Positions 27,311 through 35,772 of a stretch of 64,000 nt of DNA are shown here, one piece after another. Below the pieces are notes generated by a model. It was not told the origin of the DNA. It did no database searches and saw only the letters and a list, made by a program, of their open reading frames with translations. How positions within the stretch are numbered: position 1 is the stretch's first letter; each line of letters opens with the position of its first letter. Origin of the DNA: an uncultured Enterobacterales bacterium (lineage in GTDB: Bacteria; Myxococcota_A; UBA796; UBA2385); assembly GCA_964599085.1 (NCBI GenBank), contig CAZRFD010000026.1, positions 1,982-65,981 of the forward strand, read 5' to 3'. Both the position numbers and the translations under genes were made by a program.

Positions 27311-28156
27311 TCAGCGCTGCCAGCTCACACCGGTCGACAGGCTCCACCCCTTCGAGCTGGCGCTGGCGATGGGGGTGGCGCTGGCCCCAAGCTCCACCGC
27401 CAGCCCGTCCACGATCCGCAGCCCGCCACCGACGCCGGCCTGCACCCACTGCTTGGTGAAGGCGTTGCTCCCCAGGGGCTGTACGCCCATGACGTCGACC
27501 GCCAGCCAGCCCAGCGACCGCTCCCCGCTGCGCGGCGACCAGCCGAGCTGCGCGTGCCAGGGAAGGCTGTCGAGGAGCTGCCGGTCGGGCCGGCTGGAGT
27601 CCCCCAGCCACCACTCCGAGCGGAACTGGTAGCCGGCCTCGAGCGCCGTCCAGCCCTCCAGCCTCCCAACCCGCAGCCCGCGGCCCACTGCGACCAGCGC
27701 CGTGAGGTCCACCTGGCCGTCACCGATCGCCGGGAAGCGCTCACCCAGGCTTCCATAGGCGGAGAGGTCGTTGTTGTCGTAGAGCGGCAGCTTGCTCTTC
27801 ACCGTGAGCGAGACGGGCCACGCGCCGAATTCGTGTCCGGCGCTCAGCCCGAGCTCGGCGTCGCCGAGCGCGCGGTTGGCATAGATCACGTCCCCGTCGA
27901 CGTTTCGCGAGGCAACAAAGGGCAGGTTCAGCACGAGCTGCAGCGGCTTGACGATCCCCACCTCGCCGTAGAGGTGCCAGGTGTTGCCGACGTACCGCGG
28001 GGCGGCCGCTGCGTCGGCGGTCTCTGCCCCGGCCGTCGGGTCGACGTACTCTCCGGCGGCGAAGCGCACGTAGCCGGCCTTGACGTAGGCGTGACCCGGG
28101 TCCTTCACCCACGGACCGGCCTGGGCATCCAGCGTCCAGAGCAGAGCGATCCACAT
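27311..28156 (-). CDS. Outer-membrane beta-barrel protein
   Basis: Internal Met MWIALLWTLDAQA (signal peptide) with GGAGGAAG SD 3 nt upstream. Amphipathic beta-strand pattern. The 56-aa N-terminal extension of the ORF lies in the promoter region and is rejected. Confidence 0.6.
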   Translation of the reverse strand: MWIALLWTLDAQAGPWVKDPGHAYVKAGYVRFAAGEYVDPTAGAETADAAAAPRYVGNTWHLYGEVGIVKPLQLVLNLPFVASRNVDGDVIYANRALGDAELGLSAGHEFGAWPVSLTVKSKLPLYDNNDLSAYGSLGERFPAIGDGQVDLTALVAVGRGLRVGRLEGWTALEAGYQFRSEWWLGDSSRPDRQLLDSLPWHAQLGWSPRSGERSLGWLAVDVMGVQPLGSNAFTKQWVQAGVGGGLRIVDGLAVELGASATPIASASSKGWSLSTGVSWQR

Positions 28157-28292
28157 GCGCTTCCTCCCGAGCGGTCCGCACCTGATGCCGCGATGGTCGC
28201 CCGGCTTCGTGCCGAGGAGCACATCGACGCGCGCTCGCGGGCCCGCTCGCCCCCGTCCCCTGTTCCGCCCCGTCCCGGGGACCGCACCCGGA

Positions 28293-28372
28293 ACGGGAAA
28301 AGGCCGGGCCTCCCGCGAGGCCAAGTGTGGGGGGGGGACGCACTCGGCCGTCAGCGGGAGGTCCCGGCCATA
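28293..28372 (-). terminator. Intrinsic terminator-like structure: 15-bp GC stem (GGCCGGGACCTCCCGC / GCGGGAGGCCCGGCC), ~38-nt loop containing a C9 run, followed by UUUUCC
   Basis: Inverted repeat seen directly, followed on the minus strand by a T tract. About 150-220 nt downstream of the 28517 stop of the lipoprotein gene. Coordinates approximate. Confidence 0.4.
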
Positions 28373-28400
28373 CGACCTGGTAGCCAGGTCCGTCGGAACA
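28293..28400 (-). ncRNA. Candidate ~100-nt small RNA (promoter to terminator) or 3'-UTR/leader element
   Basis: Inferred from the promoter-like hexamers about 30 nt upstream and the terminator-like hairpin plus U tract at its 3' end. No coding potential. Confidence 0.2.
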
Positions 28401-28403
28401 CTC

Positions 28404-28436
28404 GTAGAGTATTTGCTCTTACACTTCCATGCAAGA
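28404..28436 (-). promoter_or_regulatory. Sigma-70-like promoter candidate (TTGCAT-N17-TACTCT) in the only AT-rich patch of the intergenic region
   Basis: Read on the minus strand: TTGCAT ggaagtgtaagagcaaa TACTCT. Local GC is far below the 70% background. Coordinates approximate. Confidence 0.3.
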
Positions 28437-28516
28437 GCAGGGTCTCGCTTTTTTTGCTGGAGGTTCGGGGAGTGATGGTCCCGGCACGGCGAACCGCACC
28501 TGATGTGGCGGGACGC

Positions 28517-31006
28517 CTACTGGTTGAGGGTGTCGCCGTCGCAGTAGGGCGTGCCGTTCTCGTCGCGCTTGTCGTCTTCGAGGTCGGGGTAGGACCACTT
28601 GTCCTTGCGGATCTTGTCGACCTTGAAGCTGCCCTCCACGACCATGACCGAGCTGGACTCGAAGCCCTCGAGCAGGATCTGGAAGTCGCCCTCGGCGGCT
28701 CCGCCCTCTTCGAGGGTCGCGCCGTCCTTGATGCGGATCCACGAGCTGGACACCTCGGCCCAGCCGTCGAGGCCGGCGTCGCGGTCGTCGATGGGCCGCC
28801 AGAAGTTGGATTCCGTGCGGTGCACGAAGGCCGGGTCGCCGTCGATGGCTTCGTCGACGCCCTTGCCCTGCATGGCGACGTGGCTGATCTCCTTGGACCA
28901 GGCGTCGGCGTCGTCCTGGTGGCAGACGTACCCACCCATGTAGTGATCGTCGCAGGAGGTCAGCACCGTCACGGTGCGGTAGCAGGTCTCGTCGCCGTCG
29001 GACGCGATCCAGGTGGCTTCGTAGAAGCCGTCGACGTCCCGATCCAGGGTCGCGGTGCCGTCACCGTTGTCGGCCAGCAGGTCGGCTTCCGGGTCGGAGC
29101 ACCACGGCTGGTACGTCAGGTCCCAGTAGCCGGAGACACTGTCGCCGTCGGGGTCGGTCAGGCCGTTGATCGCGAGGTCGACGGGTTCGCCGGAGGCCGC
29201 CCAGGCGTTCGAGGAGACGTCGCACAGCGGCGGGTTGTTCCGCACGTCGACGACGATCTCGGAGATGCAGGACTCACCCTGTTCGTCGGTGCCCGTCATG
29301 GCGAGGCGGTACTCTCCGCTGCGGTCCGCCGTGAACGAGGCGGCCGATGAGGCCCCCGAGGGGTCGACCATCACGACCTCGGACGCGCTGCCCGAGGGGG
29401 CCGAGGCGATCGCCCAGGAGTAGGTGACATCGGTCCCGTCCGGGTCCACCGCGACGCCGTCGAGCAGGTCGAAGCTGTCGCCGTAGCGCCCCTGGAGCCC
29501 CACACCGGCGCTGCAGTTGGGGGCCTTGCTGGCCGGCGGGCCGTCGGCGGGGTCGTAGACGTCGTAGGTCGTCTGGCTGGCACAGGAGGCGCCGTCTGTG
29601 TCGACGGCTTCCAGGCTGATCGTCCAGTACCCGGTCCAGTCCAGGGGGTAGTCGAGCGAGGGGCCGGCGTCGTCGAAGCTGTCGTCGACGGCTTCGGTGA
29701 CGACGTTGCCGTCGGAGTCGACGACGGGGTCACCGTTCTTGTCGAGCACCGGCGTCTGCCCCTGGACCCGCCAGTTGTAGGTCAGCGCGTCGCCGTCCGG
29801 ATCGCTGGTCAGGCCGGCGTCGAAGGTCGCGGTGGTACCCATGGCCACGGTGTCGCCGGGCAGGGCAAAGCAGTTGGGGACGTGGTTGGGGTCTTCCACC
29901 GTGACGGTGATCTCGTCGAAGCTCGACCAGGCGCCGTCGTTGACGGTCAGCGACACGGTGTAGGTCCCCGGCACATCGGCGACGAAGTCAGCCGTCGGCG
30001 TGTCGACCAGCAGCGAGGCGGCCGAGTCGCCAGGCGCCGACAACGACCAGAAGTAGGTCAGCTCGTCGCCGTCGGGGTCGGTGGAGGCCGTGCCGTCGAG
30101 GCTGACGGTGTCGCCCACGGCAACGTTGAGGTCGCCACCGGCGATGGTGGCCAGCGGCGGGACGTCGTCCCGGCTGGCACCACACTGGTTGCGGTAGTCC
30201 TCGAGCAGGTCGAAGTTGGGACCCTCGCCCGACTCGTCGTAGTTGCCGTAGTCGGTGGGGCGGACCGTGAACTCTTCCGCGGCGAACTTCGCGATGGAGA
30301 AGCCCGCGCTCCAGTCGGTGTTGAAGTACCAGAACACGATGCTGTCGCCCGAGGTCGACGGGTCGACCTGGAAGGAGCCGGCGTTGAGGTAGTAGATCTT
30401 GTTGCCGTCTTCGTCTTCGGACCAGGCATCGCTCCACGACTGGCCGTCGACGTACTCGACAGAAGCGGTGCCGTCGCCGTCGGTGTCGACGCACTCCAGC
30501 GGCGCGAAGTCCGGCTTGATCGAGAAGTTGAAGCGCATGTCCTGGCCGCTGCCCAGCTTGTTGTGCATCGTGAGCTGGAAGTCGCCCTCGCCGTTCATCA
30601 CGGCTTCGCTGCGCCACACGTCGAGGGGCTCGGTCAGGTAGTAGTAGCCGTCGTCCTGGAGGAACTTGTAGTACTGCAGGGCGTCGATCTCGGCGCACTG
30701 GGCGTCGAGCACGTCCTGGTCACAGGCGCTGTCGGCCGGGTCGCAGGCGCCGCCGTAGAACTTGCTGCCGTCGCCGATGGTGTCGCCCTGGCGGGGGCCG
30801 ATGTAGCCGAGCTCGAAGTCGCCGCGGTCTTCATCCCAACCGCGCGCGCAGTCGTAGATGCGGGTGGCGCGTTCGGCGAGGTCGAGCTTGCCCTCGTCCA
30901 CGGTGGCGGAGTTGTTCGCCGCCAGCCAGACGTGCCAGGAGCCGGTGACTTCGGCGTCCTGGGGGGCGCAGCCGGTGAGGAGGAGGGCGAGGAGGATGCT
31001 GGCCAC
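28517..31006 (-). CDS. Large lipoprotein with tandem PKD/Ig-like beta-sandwich domains
   Basis: MASILLALLLTGCAP lipobox. Repeated domain pattern DPDGDxLTYxW...G.YTVSLTVNDG. 829 aa with slightly lower GC than neighbours. Confidence 0.8.
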   Translation of the reverse strand: MASILLALLLTGCAPQDAEVTGSWHVWLAANNSATVDEGKLDLAERATRIYDCARGWDEDRGDFELGYIGPRQGDTIGDGSKFYGGACDPADSACDQDVLDAQCAEIDALQYYKFLQDDGYYYLTEPLDVWRSEAVMNGEGDFQLTMHNKLGSGQDMRFNFSIKPDFAPLECVDTDGDGTASVEYVDGQSWSDAWSEDEDGNKIYYLNAGSFQVDPSTSGDSIVFWYFNTDWSAGFSIAKFAAEEFTVRPTDYGNYDESGEGPNFDLLEDYRNQCGASRDDVPPLATIAGGDLNVAVGDTVSLDGTASTDPDGDELTYFWSLSAPGDSAASLLVDTPTADFVADVPGTYTVSLTVNDGAWSSFDEITVTVEDPNHVPNCFALPGDTVAMGTTATFDAGLTSDPDGDALTYNWRVQGQTPVLDKNGDPVVDSDGNVVTEAVDDSFDDAGPSLDYPLDWTGYWTISLEAVDTDGASCASQTTYDVYDPADGPPASKAPNCSAGVGLQGRYGDSFDLLDGVAVDPDGTDVTYSWAIASAPSGSASEVVMVDPSGASSAASFTADRSGEYRLAMTGTDEQGESCISEIVVDVRNNPPLCDVSSNAWAASGEPVDLAINGLTDPDGDSVSGYWDLTYQPWCSDPEADLLADNGDGTATLDRDVDGFYEATWIASDGDETCYRTVTVLTSCDDHYMGGYVCHQDDADAWSKEISHVAMQGKGVDEAIDGDPAFVHRTESNFWRPIDDRDAGLDGWAEVSSSWIRIKDGATLEEGGAAEGDFQILLEGFESSSVMVVEGSFKVDKIRKDKWSYPDLEDDKRDENGTPYCDGDTLNQ

Positions 31007-31179
31007 GAGGACCTCTCGGAGGCTTGGAGCGAAGCGGTGGGGCGACCGGGCCGGGCAGGGTGGCGCCCGGGGCGCCGGGTGCTCCCCGATGACCCGAAGA
31101 TCCAGTCAGGAAGCGCACACAGGAGTCCCGCGGACCCTGGTGTGGAGACAGCACTGTATAGGGCAGGCCGTCGTCGGGG

Positions 31180-32154
31180 TCAAGCGTGGCCAAGCACGGC
31201 TTGCAGGCCGTCGAGGCTGCTGCCGAAGGCCCACTCCATCCCGAGCTCGGACTCGACGCGCTCGACGCGCAGGCGGCAGCTCGCACGGAACAGCTTGAGG
31301 TTGTCGGGCGTCAGCCGGGGCGTGCGGGGCGTGTGCGACTGGATGCGTTCGTTGAGTTGGGCCGCAAAGTCCTGCGCGTAGCTGGGGATCCACGTCGACC
31401 AGAACCACACGGGTTCGCCGCCGACGAGGCTGTGCACCTTGGCGTAGAACTCCTTGAGGATGACCGGCTCGGTGTCGGCCAGGTTGTAGATCCGGCCGTC
31501 GGTGCCCTTGTCGGCCACGAGCCGCAGCCCGCGCAACGCATCGTCCACGTGGATGGTCGGCACGTAGTTGCGGCCCTCCCCGGGCAGCCGCGCCTTTCCG
31601 GACTTGATCTGGTCGACCAGCATGAAGGGGAAGCCCTCTCCATAGACGGCCGCGAGGCGCACGATCCTGCCGGGCACGCCGCGCTTGTCGCAGGCGTCGA
31701 GCAGGAGCTTCTCGGCGTCCACCTTGCTCTGGCCGTAGCGGGTGTTCGGCTGTGGCGGCATCTCCTCGCCGACGACGAGGCCGCTCCGGTCGCCGTAGAC
31801 CGCGGTGCTGCTGGTGAACACGAGGCTGCTCAGCGAGCCCGTTCCGACGTCGTCGACGGCGGCGAGCAGCCCCTCCATGCCTGCGCGGTTCACGAGGTCA
31901 GGGGTCTGCTTCCCCGGACCGCGCAGCCCGCCGGCCAGGTGGTAGACCACCTCGGCGCCCGCCAGCCCCTCGCGGAGCACCTCGCGCGCCTGCAGGTCAC
32001 CGATGAGGCAGCGCGCGCCGGCGCCCTCGACCACCGCGGCACCCTCGCGGGTGTGGGCGAGGCCCGTCACTTCGTCACCCGCCGCGACGAGCTGCGCGAC
32101 CAGGTGGCGGCCGACCCGGCCATTTGCTCCCGTCACGAAGACGCGACGTCCCAT
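31180..32154 (-). CDS. NAD-dependent epimerase/dehydratase
   Basis: MGRRVFVTGANGRVG Rossmann motif; YGQSK YxxxK. Start 28 nt after the cytochrome gene stop. The 58-aa ORF-track extension rejected. Confidence 0.8.
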   Translation of the reverse strand: MGRRVFVTGANGRVGRHLVAQLVAAGDEVTGLAHTREGAAVVEGAGARCLIGDLQAREVLREGLAGAEVVYHLAGGLRGPGKQTPDLVNRAGMEGLLAAVDDVGTGSLSSLVFTSSTAVYGDRSGLVVGEEMPPQPNTRYGQSKVDAEKLLLDACDKRGVPGRIVRLAAVYGEGFPFMLVDQIKSGKARLPGEGRNYVPTIHVDDALRGLRLVADKGTDGRIYNLADTEPVILKEFYAKVHSLVGGEPVWFWSTWIPSYAQDFAAQLNERIQSHTPRTPRLTPDNLKLFRASCRLRVERVESELGMEWAFGSSLDGLQAVLGHA

Positions 32155-32182
32155 GTGCCCTCCAGGAATCCGAGGGGCTCGC

Positions 32183-33439
32183 CTACCGCGGTTGCCCCCC
32201 GCCTGCCACGGCAGGCCCGAGGTCCAGCGACAGGGTCTGCACCGTGCGGTGGTTCGGCATGTCGGAGAGCCCGTGGTACGCAGCGTTTTCCGGGCTGATC
32301 CGGTAGTGCTCCAGCGACAGCTCGACACTGACGGCGTCGGGCGGCATCACGAAGGGTAGGGACCAGGCGCGATCTTCGCCGGCTGGAATGCGGTTGTCGT
32401 CCAGCTTCAGCGCCACGGGCCACCAGATCCAGCGCTGGCCGATGCGCTCGTCGAGCCCGGCGATGGCGCGGCCGTCGGCGGCCAGGATCCGCACCTGCAG
32501 CAGCAGGTAGCGTTCCGGGTCGCCGGTCGGGACCCGATGGCCGGCGCGGACGTTGTCGAGCACGACCTCCACAGCTGCGCGCTCCCCCGGCGCGACGGGA
32601 GCGGGCAGGTCGATCCGGGCCTCGACCCCGGGCTCCCAGGTGGCCTGCAGCGCGGCCTGTTCCGGTGTCCACGGCGCCTTGGGGATCCGGCTGCCGGGCC
32701 AGAAGTGGCGGCGAGTCTGCCGGACCGGTGCGCCGGGCGCGACGGCCCGCTCGACCACCGGCATGTGGCAGCCCTGGCAGGTCTCGGGGCGCCCGCCGGC
32801 CTCGTACTCCTCGCCGGTCGTGAAGTGGCAGACGAGGGCGTCTTCCAGCCGCACATCGGCCTGGTGGCAGGAGGTACACAGCGCGGGCTCGGACAGCTCG
32901 GGCGCGTAGACCGTGGGGTGCGGCGCCTTGGCGTCCGCATGGGGAGCGGCGATGCCCTCGGGGCGCCAGTGGCAGGTCATGCAGGAGATGCCCTCGTCCT
33001 GCCACGCGGCGTCGAAACGCTCGTTCTCGCTGCGCTCCACGTCACGCACCCCGCGCTCGGGGTCGAAGCGGATCCGCTCGGCCTGCTGGCCGGCCGCCGG
33101 GATGTGGCAGTTCTGGCAGATCCAGGCCACCTCGGGGTCCTTGGCCATCTCCTGCTGGAACTGGCGGTCGGTCCAGGCGTGGGCGTGGGTCGATGCCTGC
33201 CACTCGGCGTAGATCTCGGCGTGACACTGGCCGCAGGCGGCCGCCGAGCTGCCGGTCGTTCCTGGCAGCGGATCATGCAGGGGAGCGCGTGGCTGCCACC
33301 AGAGGCGGTCGGTGAGATCCTCCAGCCGGTCGACGGCGGGTCGACCGGTGTCCCCCGCCCGCCCTGGAGCGGGCCACAGGCCGCAGGAGAGGATGAGGAG
33401 GAGGGAGGCTGTCGTCGAGTGGATGCGCCGTTGGGTCAC
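32183..33439 (-). CDS. Secreted pentaheme c-type cytochrome
   Basis: Signal peptide ASLLLILSCGLWPAPGRA. Five CxxCH motifs: CGQCH, CQNCH, CMTCH, CTSCH, CQGCH. ATGA overlap with the upstream FG-GAP gene. Confidence 0.8.
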   Translation of the reverse strand: MTQRRIHSTTASLLLILSCGLWPAPGRAGDTGRPAVDRLEDLTDRLWWQPRAPLHDPLPGTTGSSAAACGQCHAEIYAEWQASTHAHAWTDRQFQQEMAKDPEVAWICQNCHIPAAGQQAERIRFDPERGVRDVERSENERFDAAWQDEGISCMTCHWRPEGIAAPHADAKAPHPTVYAPELSEPALCTSCHQADVRLEDALVCHFTTGEEYEAGGRPETCQGCHMPVVERAVAPGAPVRQTRRHFWPGSRIPKAPWTPEQAALQATWEPGVEARIDLPAPVAPGERAAVEVVLDNVRAGHRVPTGDPERYLLLQVRILAADGRAIAGLDERIGQRWIWWPVALKLDDNRIPAGEDRAWSLPFVMPPDAVSVELSLEHYRISPENAAYHGLSDMPNHRTVQTLSLDLGPAVAGGGQPR

Positions 33440-35772
33440 TGCTCGTCGGGCGGCAGCGAGCGCTCCGTGCCGACCAGGAGCGTGTCCTGGCGCCAGATCA
33501 GCTCGGGCCGGCCGTCTCCGTCGTAGTCGGTGGGGTGCACCGGCCCAGATATCACCTCGGTGGTGTACCAGCCGAAGGGGGGTGCCAGCGCGCCGCGCAG
33601 CGTGGGCACGACCACGACCTGGCCGTCCGCCGGGTCGGCGACGACAATGTCGAGTGCACCGTCGCCATCGGCGTCGCCGACGTTCATGCGGCCGGTCGCT
33701 TCCAGCGTCAGCACATCGCCCCAGCCCTCGATGCTGATCGTGCCCTCGTTGCGGACCACCTCGTCGATGCCGTCCCGGTCGAGGTCGACGCCGCGGATCT
33801 CGCAGTCGGTGACGTCACAGGCGATCAGCTCGTCGATGGCGTCGCCGTCGGTGTCGGCGTAGTCGATGTCGTCGACCGGGCCGAGATCCCCCTCTTCCTG
33901 GATGCTGACCAGGTAGTTGTACATGACCCAGTGGCCCCCGGTGTCGGCCACGGTGAAGCGCCGCTTGTCGGGGTACTTCTTCTGGGGGTAGCCGCAGGCG
34001 ACCAGCGAACCATCGACGCCGCCCTGGTCCCCCACCACGGGCTCCAGGCCCGTCTCCCCCTCCATCCGGAGGCGGAAGCCCATGTTGGGGTGCGCGTCCT
34101 TGGCGCCGCTGTTGTCGGCGACGACGTACCAGTCTTCGCCACAGTGGGTGAAGTCCAGGACCCGCCCGGTCGCCTGCAGTGGCGCGGCCGGTTGGGGGTC
34201 GTAGATGGGGCCCTCTTCGTCGCTCCAGCTCGCCTGCCAGACCTTCATGGCCGGCGCCCCCCCTTGCAGGCCGAAGCCGACGATGTCGAGGTCGCCGTCT
34301 TCGTCGAGGTCCTCGAGCACGAAGTCCTCGGTGAAGCCCTTGCCCAGCTCCAGCAGGCTGCGGTCCCCCACCGACCAGGTGCCGCCCGGGTCGAACATCC
34401 CGCGGTGGACCACGACTGCGGCGGTGTTGAGGACGGCGACGTCCGCGACCCCGTCCCCGTCGACGTCTCCGACGGCGGTCGGTCCGGCGTCGGCCAGGGC
34501 GCTGTAGCTCTGCAGCACGAAGCTGTCGGCGCTGGCGTCCCAGCGGATCCGGTGCAGCAGGCCGTCCTCCATCAAGAGGAGGTCCGTGGCGCCGTCGTCG
34601 TCGACGTCGGCGAGGTCGGCCCAGATGCGGGCGTAGGACTGCTCGTACTTCTTGTCCTCGTCGAGGATGTAGAACACCACGGACTGTGCGCCGCTGCCGG
34701 GGCTGGCCAGGCCGATGATGTCCTTGACGCCGTCGCCGTCGAGATCGGAGGGAGGCAGCAGCTCGCTGCCGGTGGGGAAGCCGTAGCGGTCGAGCAGCGA
34801 CGGGCTGTTGCCGATCCAGCCGAGCTCGTCGCGCGAGTATCGGTGGAGGTAGCCGGTGATGCTGTCCATGGCCGTGACGTCCGGGCGGCCGTCGGCGTCT
34901 TCGTCGGCGGCGACGAGCGCCATGATGGGGTCGGTGAGATCCAGCGGTGCCACCGGCTCGAAGCCCCAGACGCCGTCGCCCTTGAGCAGCTCGATGCGGC
35001 CGGTCTCGTCGGCGGTCAGGCCGATGACGACGTCGGCGTGCAGGTCGCTGTCGACGTCGGCCACGGACGCGCCGACCACCGTCATGTCGGTGCTCTGCCA
35101 GCCGGCACCCCACGAGTAGCCTCCGCCTGCCCGCCCACGGAGTAGGACGACCTGGTCTTCTCCCCACACGATGAGGTCGCGCACGCCGTCGGAGTCAAGC
35201 TCGGCGGCGCGCATACCGGTGATGACGAAGGGCGGGGTCAGCACGGTCCAGGGCAGCACGCCCTGCGCCGCGGGCATCCACCAGACGGTGTTGTCGCTGG
35301 CGAGCGCCACGCCGCCGGTGCCGCGGGCCATGGCGAAGACGTCTTCGGAGTCGCCGGGTGGGGGGAGGATCGTGTCGAGGGCGAGAGAGGGGGTCGGCGC
35401 GCCCAGGGCGATACCCTGGGCCGAGGTGCCGACGGCGGCGCCGTCTTCCGAGGAGACGGTCGTCACCTCGAAGGGTCCGGGGGCGTCGGCGACGACGCGG
35501 GCGACGGCGTAGCCCTCGCTGTCGAGCTGAAGCTCGCTGTCCTGGAGCGTGACGCCCTCGCCCTGGAGCGCGACGCCGATGGTTCCTCCGGCGACCGACG
35601 CGCCGTACTCGTCCACGAGCCGCACGGGCAGCTCGACCGTGCCCACCCCGGCCCCGCCGGAGATCTCGACGCTCACCGGGCTGCCGCCGTCGATGGCCAC
35701 GAGCTTCGACGTCGGTTCCGCGTCGGGTTCGGTACAGCCCAGCAGGAGGGCGACGAGGAGGGAGGCCGTCAC
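33436..35772 (-). CDS. FG-GAP/VCBS-repeat (integrin-alpha-like beta-propeller) lipoprotein
   Basis: MTASLLVALLLGCTEP lipobox. Repeated DxDGDG-hydrophobic motifs (DLDGDGVKDIIGL, DVDGDGVADVAVL, DLDEDGDLDIVGF, DADGDGALDIVVAD, DYDGDGRPELIW). Confidence 0.8.
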   Translation of the reverse strand: MTASLLVALLLGCTEPDAEPTSKLVAIDGGSPVSVEISGGAGVGTVELPVRLVDEYGASVAGGTIGVALQGEGVTLQDSELQLDSEGYAVARVVADAPGPFEVTTVSSEDGAAVGTSAQGIALGAPTPSLALDTILPPPGDSEDVFAMARGTGGVALASDNTVWWMPAAQGVLPWTVLTPPFVITGMRAAELDSDGVRDLIVWGEDQVVLLRGRAGGGYSWGAGWQSTDMTVVGASVADVDSDLHADVVIGLTADETGRIELLKGDGVWGFEPVAPLDLTDPIMALVAADEDADGRPDVTAMDSITGYLHRYSRDELGWIGNSPSLLDRYGFPTGSELLPPSDLDGDGVKDIIGLASPGSGAQSVVFYILDEDKKYEQSYARIWADLADVDDDGATDLLLMEDGLLHRIRWDASADSFVLQSYSALADAGPTAVGDVDGDGVADVAVLNTAAVVVHRGMFDPGGTWSVGDRSLLELGKGFTEDFVLEDLDEDGDLDIVGFGLQGGAPAMKVWQASWSDEEGPIYDPQPAAPLQATGRVLDFTHCGEDWYVVADNSGAKDAHPNMGFRLRMEGETGLEPVVGDQGGVDGSLVACGYPQKKYPDKRRFTVADTGGHWVMYNYLVSIQEEGDLGPVDDIDYADTDGDAIDELIACDVTDCEIRGVDLDRDGIDEVVRNEGTISIEGWGDVLTLEATGRMNVGDADGDGALDIVVADPADGQVVVVPTLRGALAPPFGWYTTEVISGPVHPTDYDGDGRPELIWRQDTLLVGTERSLPPDEQ

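Noticed and set aside
28455-28500. tRNA-like GGTTCGGGGA segment (T-arm-like) in the AT-rich intergenic patch
   Set aside because: No acceptor-stem complementarity, no D-arm or anticodon-arm structure, and no CCA context; it does not fold as a cloverleaf.
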